From Kudoa neothunni (lineage: Eukaryota; Animalia; Cnidaria), in NCBI GenBank assembly GCA_964304625.1, contig OZ199838.1, forward strand, positions 10,547,817-10,611,816: DNA of 64,000 bases. Direction: 5' to 3'. Shown piece after piece: positions 36,195-50,402 of this stretch (the stretch's first letter is position 1; each line of letters opens with the position of its first letter). A program made the translations under genes and the position numbers. The notes under the pieces were generated by a model, which saw only the letters and a list, made by a program, of their open reading frames with translations, was not told where the DNA came from and made no database searches.

Positions 36195-38503
36195 CAATGT
36201 TTCCCAACCTTTTTTAGCCATGACCTATATTTTTTCCAAGAAATATCCGGTGACCCACGTAGATATATTAAATGTTTACTAGAATTAAGTTATTTTTTAA
36301 ATTATAATTATATCCAGTATTATATATAATTTAAATTGTATACATTATCATAATTATTTTTAATCTGTTAATCTAAAAATATTATTTAGCACTAATTTTA
36401 GTGGACCTTTGATGTAATAATATTTTACTTGAAACGAATATTATAAAACCATCAAGCTACTCCTGTATTGACTTATCACTTTTGGTTTTTGTTGATTTGC
36501 GTGATATTCTCGCATTTTAATTATTTTAAATATAATTATTATATTTGTAATATTTATTATTAGTTATTTGTACGAAATTAGTTTTTGGTCTAAATGATAT
36601 AATCAATGAAAATTTAAAAATTACTAGCATTTGTTAGCTTTTTTTCTTCCATATTCAATGCAATGAACACAAAATATGTTTTTATTTATAATTTCTTTCT
36701 ATCCATATAAAATATTTAGTCACATATTTAGCATGTTTTCTTTTAAATTCAATACGGGTATGACGAAATTTTGCCAGAGATATATTTACGCGCGTGCATG
36801 AATATGAGTGAAAATATTGAAAATACTTTCACAATTTTAAAAACTCGCAAAAATAATGACATGATCCTATACAAAGGTTATCTCTACGTGAAAGTTTACC
36901 AAAATAATCTATACAAATACTGGAGATGCCAAATAAGGAAGTGTAGAGGGAGATTGCGAACTTCCCCCTCTGTTGGTATTGATTCCCTTACAGAAGTTGG
37001 ATTCCATAATCATATAATTGGTGATAAGGATGTGAAAAAAAAAATGTTCGAACAAAAAATAAGAAACAGCAGAAAATACGGTGTATCCAACCAGAAAAGT
37101 TTTTTCCGTTGGTTCAACTGGAGAAAATATAAATAATATTCCTATATGCTCTAAAAAGTCGATTTATAAAAACATAAAAAATATTCGTAAGTGACAAAAT
37201 ATCAAAACTATCCCAATTTTCAAATGCTACAATGAATTAAAAACAAACAGAAATGAGTCCTTCTATTTATATGACTTAGGATCAGAAGACAAGAAACGAA
37301 TTATTATTTTCACGACAGAAAAAACTTTAATCCATTTGAGGAATTTAGATTATTGGATGGCGGATGGCACATTCAATGTTGTTCCAAATGAATATTGTCA
37401 ATTGTACACTATCCATGGGGCTGTCTTCAACAAAGTTTTTCCACTAGTGTATATTTTAATGAGTGATAAATTACAGAAGAATTACGAAAAGTTACTTAAA
37501 ATTTTAGCAGAGAAGGAAAAAGTTGCGCCACCGAAGAACATAATTATTGATTTTGAATTGGCTGCGTATGATGCTTTCAGAAAATTTTCGTCAAATTCAG
37601 CCCATGTTTGTTTGTTCCACTTTGGACAATATATATATCGTAAGGTACAAAAATTAGGTTGTTCGAAGGAGTATGAAACCGACGAAGATTTCAAAATATT
37701 TTTTTAACGCTTGACATCTCTTGCATTTGTCCCTCCTAATTCCATTCTTTATGAATTTGAGAAACTAAAAATAAAATCAAAGAAGTTTGAGAAATCTAAC
37801 ATAAAATTGTTAACGGAATACTTTCAGAAATATTTCATCCAAAATACCCATTAGTAGCATGGAATGCTTACGATCGAGTCCTAAACAATATTAAACTCAC
37901 TTCAAATTCGACGGAAATTTTTAATCGTCATTTTTATTCACGCTTCGAGCAATTCCATCCTGAAATACTCATTTTTATTCAAAAACTGAAGTAACATCAG
38001 ACTATTGTATAACAGAGACAAGGTACAAATTCGAAAGTAAAACTTGAAACGTAACATAATAAAAAGTATACCATTAAATGATGGATCTCAAATTTAGACA
38101 GAACAAGTTAAAATTACGTCGTGGTTTTATTTTTATGGATATAGATTATTTCTAAGTAGATAAAAATGCAGACAACCTAATTACAGCTTAAGAATATAAA
38201 AATGTTATTTTGAAAGATAACAAAGTTACGATTTTACATGAAAATAGCGATAGTTAGTTTTTGGAAACTGAACAGGTTTAATATAAACTATTATCATACT
38301 GCGCCATTTCGTAGAATAAATTATCATATCCCATTTTTTGAATCGAAACTAAATGATATCAAAACAACCTGAAATAGTATTGCACGCATTACGTCCTTAC
38401 ATGATTTAAACGGGGATTAACCAAAATTACGAAGTGAATAAATTAAGATTAATTTTTAAATTTAATCTAGAGTGACTCCGGCACCCCCTATATGGAAACA
38501 CTG
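36195..38503. mobile_element. hAT-like termini enclosing a MULE transposase (possible nested insertion)
   Basis: Left CAATGTTTCCCAA and right TATGGAAACACTG. Flanks atgTAata / agcTAaag share only 4 of 8, so pairing of the two ends is uncertain. Confidence 0.45.
36771..38010 (+). pseudogene. FLYWCH-MULE transposase, decayed
   Basis: FLYWCH-like YKGYLY..YWRCQIRKCRGRL..HNH; MULE YWMADGTFNVVP..QLYTIHG, IIIDFELAA, CLFHFGQYIYRK; frameshifts and stops. Confidence 0.9.
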
Positions 38504-39250
38504 AGCTAAAGGATAGAAGTATGTTTCATGTCTATTTCGACAATTTCTTCACCTCCTAAAAATTATTGGTTGAATTGAAAAGAAGAAGTGTTAATGCTAC
38601 TGGAACAGTGAGGATGAACCGAACGTCAAATTGTCCCTTGACGACTCCGAAAGTAATGAGTAAAAACCACTGAGTCTACCATGAATATTTCAAAGATTCT
38701 AGAACTGAGATCAACTGTATTGAATGGAATGATACTAAGCCTTTTACTCTTCTTAGTAATTTTCTTACTGTTGAAACAATTCAACATGTGAAAAGTTACT
38801 GCGAAGCAAAAAAGCGATATGTATCGATTGAACAACCTCAAATTTGTCATATGTACAACAAGTATACGGGTGGTGTTGATACAGTAGACAATTCCGTATC
38901 TTGCTACAGAATAAGAATTCGCTCTAAAAAATGGTACTGGTCTCATCTTACTAGCATGATATCGCTTGCAGCAGTTAATTCATGGAGAGTGTTTAATTAC
39001 AAAAGCAAAGAAAAAATCAATTTATTAAATCATATTAGATACAATGTAACCAACTTGATCAGTATAGATAATTCTGAAAAATAAACATGTCGATCATCCA
39101 TCGCAAATATCCATGCTGTGTCATTGTGTAGCCGAACTATGATGAGTACTAATGCTGGGAAAAGGAGACGAAGATGTGTTGTATGTAAGACTATCTACTT
39201 TTGTCAAAATTATATTTATGATAAATTCTCGATAGATTTTCATAACAAAC
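38504..39250 (+). pseudogene. piggyBac transposase 3' fragment (PGBD-like)
   Basis: HVYFDNFFTS, ATGTVRMNR, YNKYTGGVDTVDNSVSCYRIRIRSKKWY, and a Cys-rich tail RRRCVVCK. Confidence 0.88.
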
Positions 39251-39641
39251 AGTAGTCTACTCTCTTATCGATATAAAACTGTTTATTTTTCGCGCATTCT
39301 ATGACACAACGTCTAATTAGAAAATCGCACGTCAGTGGGTTTTCGTTCCCTTTTCGGCCCTTTAGTAATTTTGCTGTTTTCCTAGAAAAATTACTTTTTT
39401 AGTTAATAGTAATTTAATTTCGCTATTAAAAGATTATTTTCAACTTATATTTTGAATTATAAGGAAATTTAAATAATGGACTCGAAATAGTTTTAGTCTG
39501 CTATCATCAGAAATCAAAAATTATTACCTCAATAAGTTTAAAACGTTATAACTTGCTACTCATATTTTTTTATTTAATATTTAGAAAGAATAATTTGATA
39601 CAGATGTTCGTTGAAAACCATTATCATCCCATCTAACCCGC

Positions 39642-42600
39642 ATGCGCAGAGAATCTACTAGCGAAAGTTGCTCCTCTTCTGAAGATGAGTCTTCAAAATA
39701 TGTGCTGCCCGAAAATATATATGTTAAAGTAGCTATATTTTTTATAAAACTCATTAATTTTCAATTACGATAGAAAATGGAAGAGATAATTGAGAAAAGA
39801 TATTTCCCTGACAATAATCAGATGCGGTCCGTGTTGGCCGGGGATTCACATGCTAATAAAGTTGAAAATAAAGATGATTCCACTGTTCGCCCCGACTATA
39901 CACCGTAAATTAAAAAATCATTTGAACAACGATCATAATAGAATGTCTAAGCACTTTGGATCAATTGAAACGATTAGAGTCAGAAAATCATACACCGAGC
40001 ACAAATATGACGTTAGATGAATTTTTAAAAACTTATATGGGCGAGGATAATGCATCTTATGAAAAGTTGGCCAGTAAAGAACGCTTGAAGCAGTTGGAAG
40101 AGTACAAACATTTTTACAAGCATGAAGACCAACGTTATTTGGAAGCACCACCAGGTAGTGTAGATTGTTTGTTCGATTTTGTATGCCATGAGGATGTAAT
40201 AATGACTTTCACATAGACAAAGATGGTAGACTGCATATAATGAGTCATAACGCATGGAAACACACCACAGAAAATGCGCTTATGTTCAATCCTACAGGCG
40301 CTGAATATACTCCAGAAGAACTGTTGAATAAGAAGCGCCAAGGCGTACCGGATATTGATCCAAAAGCCACTCGTATACAGCTCACCGTAGACCCATCTGT
40401 TAAAATGAAGCTGCATCAAATAAAAAAAGATAAACTAGAAGATAGATGGAAACAAGGGAAATTAGGGATTGATGGAAATTTCAACTGTAACCCAGATTAT
40501 CAGACTAGCACAGCCACTGGCAATGAACATTCAACGTTGGTTGATTATGCACAACCTGAAGCTCAAGGTATTGAATATTAGGTTCTCTTAAAGGAATTTT
40601 CTATGTAAAATATGTAGTACCCGCATCACCGTTAATGACCTGGGGTCACATTGATTCAACACCATGCCGCTTGGAGTCATCCTCGAAAAAGTCGGTGGGA
40701 GAATTTTCGATCGCTCCAATCTCAGAACGCGAAGAAATTGCGTACAATCTAGGAAGTGGTATATCGAAAAATAATGCCAATTCAATTTTTAAAACGCCCA
40801 CAATCACCCCAAAGTAGTTGATATTCATAATTAACATATTTAGCTGTAAATTACGTTTAAAAATATTCCTTCGAGCGAGGTAATTTATGTTTACAAAGAT
40901 TAACTAGTTCTACTCCATATTGTTCACATAAAATAAGCGATTGCCTATTGAGCTTATCTGAAACTGAAATATAAGACAAGTCATATATTAATTTTTTCAT
41001 TGAATAAGGAAAATGGAAGTGGTTATTCTCATGGTAAATATTAATCCAAATTTGCATACACGCATGTCCAATGTCAATTTTTAACCCAAGCAACTTTCAC
41101 TGACAAGTTGCATTTGGATATAATTTTTTTGAATTGACTTTATTGAATTATTTCTGACCCGGCGCTTCGCTCTTGGGGTGTGAAGTAACTAAATGTGGTC
41201 AAAATAAACGGTATCTGAATATTATTTCCTATGCCAATATCAACTTTCAATTTTTAATCTCAGCAACTCCAACTTACAAATTCGTTATAGATTTAATTTT
41301 TTAGAATCTGCTATATTTAATTATTTTCTTTGCCAATATCAACTTTCAATTTGTATACTGGGTAGGTTTTATAATCGAAGAACACGATACATATCACAAT
41401 TATCCAAAAGCGCTTTTGGTGCACGAGTTACGAAGAAATTCGCTCATTTTTAGCATCACACAGCGTTTATTCACGTATAGTTTTTAGTAATTTTCAGTGC
41501 TCCGTCTTAAAAGATACATGTTTGTATTTCTAATTACAATCAAATAGTAATCGATTTTCTTTTTTTGACACGAACGAAAATGTTACAATAAACAGGAGTT
41601 GATAATATTCACCTCAGATCTTGTATGATATTAGTTCAGATTGTTCCGTATTAATAATTAATCAAATATTCCGTATAATTTTTCTGTTTATATAAAATTC
41701 TGCGTGATTTATGTGTTATTCCATATTAATTGTTTCATATTTTGAGGAAAAAATAAGAATAACAATATTTACACAGAGAAATTTGTTATAATAACGAGGA
41801 AATACAAATTTGTATAATTTCATTAATTCATTACGTATAATTAGCTATAAAAATACTTTTCTGATGAATACTGCAATCATTTAAGAATTACAGTATTTAG
41901 AGAGTGGCTTAATTCAAATATCCAATTGGGGTTCGTAAATGCCCCCACGATTTACAAGGAGGATTAAAAAGCTTGTTTTTGTTTAAGTGCTAATTTAGGT
42001 AGTATAATTTAGGATTTAATTTAATACACGATAATCATTTTTGAATTAACTGCGAATTTTGCGTTGTAGTTCAAACCGTTGTCAAGGCTCTTCTGCCAAT
42101 AATTACTTGTATTACACTATGGTTTTTATTAAAGACAATGCAGCAATTGATTTTATCAAAATATATAAGGAGGATTTAAATTGGCTTTGCAAATAAAATT
42201 GGAGTATAGTTTTTGGTTAGATTTGCTGCTATTTTTGATCACTATTAATTTCGAAATGAAAATTTCCAAGTTCGCAGTAAGTTGGTTTTTAATTATCCGT
42301 ATACAGCGACTTATGGGTCGTGTGTAATCAGAAGGGAAATCAAAACCACTACGCACGACACAACTCTTGCATGCGAAATTAAACAAAAAATTAGGTTATT
42401 ATACTTTGACCAACTAGCATATTTATTTAGTTTAATATTTGAATTAATTTATAATGGAACACGATTTAAAATTTGAAGATCCACTAAAAAATGTATTATG
42501 TAAAATGTTAAATCTTCTTATAAATTATAGATCAAATAATAAATGCAGGTGTGGATTTTGAGGCATCATAAGGAATTCATTAGCTCCATTAATAAAAACA

Positions 42601-43414
42601 TATTGAGAATCTTCTATCTTTTCTCTCTCATCAGCTCAATCCACTCTTCTACTTGCAGATCAAAATCTATATTTTCTCCCTTTGGGAGTTTTTATTACTT
42701 TTGAATACAACAATCGTTATAATGTTAAAACAACCAGTCTATACAATTCTAATAGTATTCAAGGCAGATCTTATTTTTATATCAAAGATCTTCATTGTAT
42801 CAAATTAGCGTTTGATTTATTCGCTATTTTTTATAATATTTTATATTTTCAACTTTTTGGATAGAGTGGAATTTTTAAATCATCTGTTGACGCACGAGTC
42901 GTAATTTTCTTTGTTTTGAAGAAAACTCATCACGCACGACACATAAAATGCATAAAAACTTTTGATGTTTTAATTTTCCTAGAGTTAAATTGAGGCCATG
43001 TGTTACTTTTGTTATAAAGTTTATAGAGTGCCAATTAAAGTTTCTATATATCATTAATTTATGTTTTATTATGATATTACATACGACCCATATGTTACTG
43101 TATGCGTAGCTTTTCAAAATTTGAAAAGAAAAGATTGTCATACGCAAAAATACTAAATCAATCCTAAAATTTATTTTTATTTTAACTGTTGCAATCATTC
43201 CATGTCATTTTATGAAATATTATCATTTAGATATTCCACCAGAAGATTAGGCAAGAATACACCAAAAATATTATCTCCAGCAGCGAAGAGACTTATGATC
43301 AATCAAAAAATATCCAAAACATCAATATTGACATCGGCGACATCGAACCTGTCGAAAACGCCTACTCCAATTATTCGCGGCGTGATTACACCCCGCAAAT
43401 CGACCAAAAAATAA
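39642..43414 (+). CDS. ESS2: Splicing factor ESS2/DGCR14 homolog
   Basis: Six exons. Motifs VLPENIYVKKMEEIIEKRYFPD, TLDEFLKTYMGEDNASYEKL, WKHTTENALMFNPTG, SPLMTWGHIDSTPCRLE, REEIAYNL and LSPAAKRL. The last exon 43231..43414 follows a 2417-nt intron (40814..43230). Confidence 0.88.
41148..41352 (-). mobile_element. Helitron-like 3' terminus remnant with internal direct repeat, in ESS2 intron
   Basis: Hairpin cccggcgcttcgctcttggg resembles the 8393 hairpin but CTAG is degenerate. A ~30-bp direct repeat (tgccaatatcaactttcaattt) lies at ~41231 and ~41332. Confidence 0.35.
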
Positions 43415-43734
43415 ACAAACTATGTTATATATGTTACACAATCTTGTTGTTATAATATTTTTGTATTTAAATGATATGATATTTTTTTTGTTTAATATGA
43501 CGATTTAAGTGGATTATACTGGAAATGTTACAATTATTTCTTAGTGATTTTCTGTGATAGACTCATGCGATATAATGTTTAACACACATTCGGTAACTTG
43601 AAAACTGTAAACAAATTTATTGAGTGATCGAATTAAGAGGATGAGTCAACAATTTCGTATTTGAATTCAACCGAATAGATTAACGAAGTGGGTATTGAGT
43701 TAATCCTTTAATCCTGTTGGTATTGGTGTGTGGT

Positions 43735-46700
43735 ATGTCTCAGCCTGTTCCAATCACGTTTACTGAAGTTTTACAGGTGATTTTTTTGGAAAAACTGTTT
43801 TCGATAAACCATATTTGAGTAGCTTCAAAAACTTGGCGTATCACCAACCAGTATTGGGTTTTCTACAGTGAGTTTACAGTCGGATAAGTGTGTTTGTGTT
43901 CGAGAGAAGACAGACGATAAAGCTAATGTTGTTATTTTTGATACATCCAATCCCTCAGCTGTGATCCGAAAACCTATCACAGCTGATTCTGCTATTATGA
44001 ACCCTGTTTCTAAAGTTATCGCACTTAAAGCTGGAAAAAATCTTCAACTATTCGATTTGGATAACAAACAGAAAGTTGCTGCTTTTGTTGTAGTTGATGA
44101 CGTCACTTTTTGGAAGTGGGTCACCAAAGATATCATTGCCTTCGTTTCTGGAGGGCATTTGTATCATTGGACCATATTGAGTAAGCATTATTTATTCTCC
44201 AACGTTACATATACTACTACCAATGGGAATTAGTGGGTAGTTTAATAATTAATAAGGGTTTTGTTTCTATTCGAGTTAATAGTTTGTTCTATTTCCTTTT
44301 AATTGTTATGGGCAATATATATATAATTGCAATGAAACTAGGTTATTTCGATTATTACTTGAGACGCCTGCGTTGTAACACAATCAATTTAACCATTAAT
44401 TCAAAAAGTAGTGATTCAATGTAGATTCCATTTGTAAATTTTTTTAATAGCACCCAGTGAATAAAAACTGACATATTTTCGACAGGTTACATTTAATTAT
44501 ACAGTTTTGTTGATACAAAGTTTGTAAGATTGTTTACCTTTAGTAATAGAATTAATTGATAATTAGCGACAATTAATCCTACTTTTCTTACCATGGTGCT
44601 TAGCGGCTATATCCTCGATTTTTATGAGAATTACGCTCATGTGTGATCTTTGATTATTAAAACCATATGTTTCACTGTAAATGCTATCCAATTTTTAACT
44701 TCATTCTTTATATCAATTTTCTCCTATATTTTCTGGAGGTTTGGCATTGGAGAGATTTCTGTTGTAAGCTCTGCTTAGCGTAAACTTCGAAGTTGATCGA
44801 ACATACAGTGCACAGCTCGTTTAATTTTTTATTTTCTCCTACTAAAATTTTAACTCCCATAATTACGATATATTATTTTTAGCTGATTTATTTCAGAGAA
44901 AAATTGTTAGTAAAATATAAATCCTGATAATATTTGATAAAAATTTCATTTGTGACATTCTTAGCTAAAATCTACCCTATTGACATGGTCGCTTTTCGTC
45001 GGAGAAATGATGTTTCGCATTTTATGGCGTAATTTGATACGGCCTAATTTTGTTTGTATAACGTAGTAGTATTTTCCCGTCAATGATTTTAATTTTTATG
45101 CGTTTTTTGATTTTTAACAAAAAATATACATTTCCTAGAATATTTATTTACTAAATTTAAAATACGATTTTTCGGGCTTTGTCGTGAATTATATTCGTTG
45201 ATATGGTGATTATGATCCTGAATGAAGCTCCTATTGAATTTAAGGTCAAAAACTTAATATATCCTTAATCAGTAAATGTAGCATATATTTTTCAGTTTCA
45301 TTACTTTATTTTTACGGAATACTTTTTACATTTGAGTTCTTCAAGAAAAGCCCATTAGGTGTCATAATTTTAGATTTTAGTACTTATTCATTCAGGGTGT
45401 TGGTAATTTCTTTAGAAACAATGGGAGCTCAGTCTGCAATGTTTTTCTTCATATCGTCTCCTAGTATTATAGCCAGTTTACTGTTATAAAAGATGACGTA
45501 ATAGTCCCTTCTGGTTATAAGCTAATATATAATTGAGTTTTTTGCCAAAATACATGCATCTTATATACATTTCATTGGAGATAAATAAACGGTTCCATGT
45601 GAAGAAAAACAATACGTAGATATCGGATTAACTTATTATTCTAAGTCAGCTTGAATAATTTTTTTGCTTTGTTTACTAATAACATCTAAATATTATTTAC
45701 AGCGCTAATATCCACTTTCTACTAATATTAGGGATTGCGTTATGAGAAGTTGATTAATGCATTCACACCCACTCTTATTTTGGGTTGACTAATATTGTTG
45801 TAGACGATGGAGAAACAAAATCTCCAGAGAAAATTTTCCAGTTGCATTCCTCACTCTCACAAGCACAAATAATCAACTATCATGTTGACGCTACACGCAA
45901 GTGGTGCGTTCTTATTGGCGTCAATGCAGTAAATGGAAAAATTGGAGGTGCTATGCAGTTGTTTTCGGTGGAAAGAAATGTTACACAACCTATTGCTGGT
46001 CATGCTGCCACTTTCGCCCAATATCAGTTGGGGGAGAATCCTTCACCTAGCAACCTTTTCATATTTGGAAACAGAGACGACAATGGAGCAAAAATACATA
46101 TCATCGAAGTGGGTGGTACACCCGCCGGCAACCAACCATTTTCTAAAAAGATTGGAGATATCTTTTTCCAACCGGACGCCGTCAACGATTTTCCTATTGC
46201 TCTACACGCTGACAATCAAAGTGGTGTGTTCTATCTACTCACCAAATCGGGCTTTATGTACATGTATGAGATTGAAACTGCCAGCTGTTTTTATGCCACC
46301 AAGATAAGTCAAGAAGTCCTCTTCGCCAGTGCCCCCACAAGCGGCCATGGATTTATGGCTATCAATCGACAAGGTACACTATTCGCTGTGAGAATCGATA
46401 AAGACAATATTGTGAACTATCTCAAGATGAAAGGATTGGATAGTCTGGCGTTCAAGATAATTGAAAGATGTGGACTGCCTGGATCGGAAGCCATCTATCT
46501 GAATCGATTCAATAATCTATTTGCTCAGGGCCAATATGAAGCGGCCGCTAAAGTGGCCGCAAAAGCACCAAATAATATCTTACGAACCTCAGATGTTATA
46601 AGACGTTTTCAAACTGCACCTACGGCTCCGGGAAGTGCATCACCGTTGCTGCATTATTTTGGGTGTCTGCTGGAGATGGGCACACTGAACAAAGATGAGA

Positions 46701-49700
46701 GTATTGAATTGTGTCGACCGGTGGTTCAACAAAATAAGAAAAATCTAATCGAGAAATGGCTCAACGAAGATAAACTGGAATGCTCAGCCGAACTAGGAGA
46801 CATGGTGAGAAGTTTGGATCCAAATATAGCTCGTTCCGTCTATCTAAAGTGTAACGCAAGTGACAGAGTTATGCAATCTTTCGCCGAAATGGGTCAGTTC
46901 GATCAGATCGTTCTCTACGCTCAGAAAGTTGGAATTTCGCCTGACTACATTAACATCCTCAATGGTATGATCAAAAGTAATCCTGATGGTTCAGTGGAAT
47001 TTGCAAAACAGTTGATTTCTTGCGATCCTCCATTGGTGGATATTTCGATGGTAGTGGATCTGTATGCGACTTATAATTTGGTGAAACAATGCACCAACTT
47101 TTTGTTGGAAGCCCTCAAAGAAGATAAACCTGAGCATGGAGCTCTCCAAACGAGGCTGCTTGAAATGAATTTGATGAACGCTCCTGCTGTTGCTGAAGCC
47201 ATTTTCGCTCGAAAAATGTTTACCCACTACGATTTTAATCATGTTGCGGGATTGTGTGAACGCTGCGGTCTTATGCAACGCGCCCTCGAACATTACACCG
47301 ATATCTATGACATCAAACGAGCTATTGTACATACCCATTTGTTCAATCCCGAATGGTTGGTGTTGTACTTTGGTAACCTATCGCCAGATGATTCTATGGC
47401 ATGTTTGAAACTGTTGATGGAATCGAACAGTAGACAAAATTTACAGTTGTGTGCGAATATTGCTGCCAAATACAGCGATCAATTATCCAGCAACGCTTTG
47501 ATCAATCTGTTTGAATCGGTACGCAGTTTCGAAGGACTGTTTTTATATTTGGGTAAAATTGTCAACTACAGTGAAGATCCTGAGGCGCATTTCAAATACA
47601 TTCAAGCTGCATGCAAAGTTGGTCAAATAAAAGAAGCCGAACGCATTTGTAAAGAAAGCAATTTCTACGATGCTGAACGTGTGAAAAATTTCCTCAAAGA
47701 ATCTCGCCTTCAAGATCACCTTCCATTGGTTATTGTGTGTGATCGATACAACTTCGTTCAAGATCTTATCCTCTACCTTTACAAACAGAATGCAATGAAA
47801 TACATTGAGATGTATGTGCAGAAAGTGAATCCAACCAGATTGCCTGTTGTCGTTGGCGGACTGCTAGATTTAAATTGCAACGATGATTTTATCCGGAATA
47901 TGATTATCTCTGTCCCTGATTCCTTCAATATGATTGAGTTGGTTGAGGAAGTGAGCAAACGAAATCGTATTCGACTTTTGTTGCCTGTCCTCGAAAACAG
48001 AGTGATGAGTGGTAGTACTGATCCTTCGGTTCACTCCGCCATGGCTATGGTGTATATTGACTCCAATATTAACCCTGAAAAGTTTTTACGCGAAAACAAA
48101 TACTACGATCCTGAATCCGTCGGAAAATTCTGTGAAAAGTTTGATCCCAACCTCGCCTTCATTTCCTACGGCAAAGGTTTCTGTGATGAAGATGTGCTGA
48201 GAGTTTGTTGTCAGAATAAACTTTTCAAACACTTGGGTCGGTATCTAGTGTCTAGAATGGATGAATCACTATGGAATAAGGTTTTGGCTCCAGAATTTGA
48301 ATTCAGAAAACAACTAGTTGATCAGATTGTTCAGTGTGTACTGCCTGAAACCCAAGATCCTGAAATCGTTAGTTTCACTGTGAAAGCTTTCATGAAGAAT
48401 GATCTGCCGAATGAGTTGGTTGAACTGCTCGATCAACTAGTACTCAACAATACCATTTTCAGCAATCACAAAAACATACAAAATCTTCTTATTCTCACCT
48501 CCATTAAAGCCGATCGATCTCGCGTTATGGATTATGTGACCAAACTGGACAACTACGATGCTGTTGATATTGCCAATATTGCTATCCAAAATAGTCTCTT
48601 TGAAGAAGCTTTGGCTATCTACAAAAAGAATAATCTCCACCAAAACGTTATGGAAGTTCTACTATCCAATCTTAAAGATTTGGTACGTGCGTATGAGTAT
48701 GCTGAGAGAGTTAATCAGCCAGCTGTGTGGAGCATTCTGGCTCGTTACCAACTATCCGGTGGACTTGTTAAAGAAGCCCTGATTTCGTACATGAAAGCCG
48801 AAGATCCTAACAATTATCGAGAAGTTACCGCAGCTGCAAAAGCCACTGAAAACTATGAATATCTCAAATCGTACCTGGAAATGGTCAAAATATCAATTAG
48901 AGATTCATTTGTAGACACACAATATGCATTTTGTTTGATCCGACTCGATCAACTTGATGCCTTGGACGGTTTTGTGAAGCAATCCTCCAACATTGATCTT
49001 GTAGTGTTAGGTGATCAATGCCTTGATGATGCTTACTACGAAGCTGCATTGATTCTATTCCTCGCCGCTTCCAACTATCCAAAACTTGCTGTTGTGTATA
49101 TGAAGAAGAAAGACTACACTTCGGCCATTGATTGCGCCAAGAAAGCCAACAACATAACCACTTGGAGAGTGGTTTGTTTCGGTTGTTTGGACCAACAGGA
49201 ATTCGCTATCGCCAAACTGTGTTCGACATACATTGTAGTTAATCCAGATGAATTATCTGATGTGATCAACTACTACGAAAAAAATGCCTACTTCAACGAA
49301 CTACTTGAAATGTTGGAGTCTGCCACATCACTTGAACGCACTCATATGGGAATATTCACTGAGTTGGCTATTTGCTATGCTAAATATAAACCATCCAAGT
49401 TGAAGGAACATGTAGAGCTTTTTATCACCCGTATCAACATACCCAAAGTGATTTATGCGGCCGAGCAAAGTCATCTTTGGCCTGAAACAGTTTATCTCTA
49501 TGAGAAATATGAGGAATATGATAATGCTCTCAGAACCATTATCCAACATCCAGCCGAAGCCTACCATGAAACCAAATTCAGAGATATTATCACCAAAGTT
49601 GGAAATGTCGATCTTCTGTATAAGGCGGTTACTTTTTATCTGGAACAACATCCAATGTTGTTGAACGAATTACTCAATCTTATCTGCCAAAAAGTGGATC

Positions 49701-50402
49701 CAGTGACCGTAATCAACATGTTCAAAGTGGGAGACAATGTCTCGTTGATCAAAGGCTACTTGGAATTTTCACAAAAACAAGACTCTAAATACATAAATGA
49801 ACACCTCAATAAGCTCTACATTGAAGAGGGACAATATGAAGCGCTCATGATATCAGTCACCAAATACACAAACTTTGATATGATTAAGTTGGCAGAAGAA
49901 CTAGAAAGTCATGAGATGGTTGAGTTCCGCCGTGTGTCCAATTCCCTCTATAAACAATGCAATCGTTGGAACAAGTCGATAGAATTGGCCAAAAAAAGAT
50001 GGCCTCGATTCAGATGCTGCTATTTATGCCTCCGAATCTCGTGACCCTGTTCATGCTGTGGATCTTTTGATACATTTCACGTCAAACAAAATGCATGAAG
50101 CTACGATCAGTCTCCTTTACCACTGCTACGACCTTCTAAAACCTGATGATGTGCTAGAACATTGCTGGAAAAACAACATGGTTGATATGTGCATGCCATA
50201 CATTATTCAAATGTTGAGTGATGTGATTCCAAAGGTTAATGAGCTGGGCGGAAAAGTATTGGAAGAGGAAAAGGCCACCATCAAGGAACAACCTTCCATT
50301 CTATTGACAAATCCACTGATGTTGACTGGTGGACCCTCTTATTCATCCGCAATGGGCGGAAATCAGTTCAACATGCCCGGATCAGGCTTTCAGCGATTCT
50401 AA
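43735..50402 (+). CDS. CLTC: Clathrin heavy chain (one apparent +1 indel at 49991-49997)
   Basis: Exons 43735..43776, 43823..44180 and 45804..50402. Motifs RKPITADSAIMNP, GHAATF, ECSAELGD, LQTRLLEMNL, QRALEHYTDIYDIKR, LERTHMGIFTELA, YDLLKPDDVLE and LMLTGGP. Confidence 0.97.
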
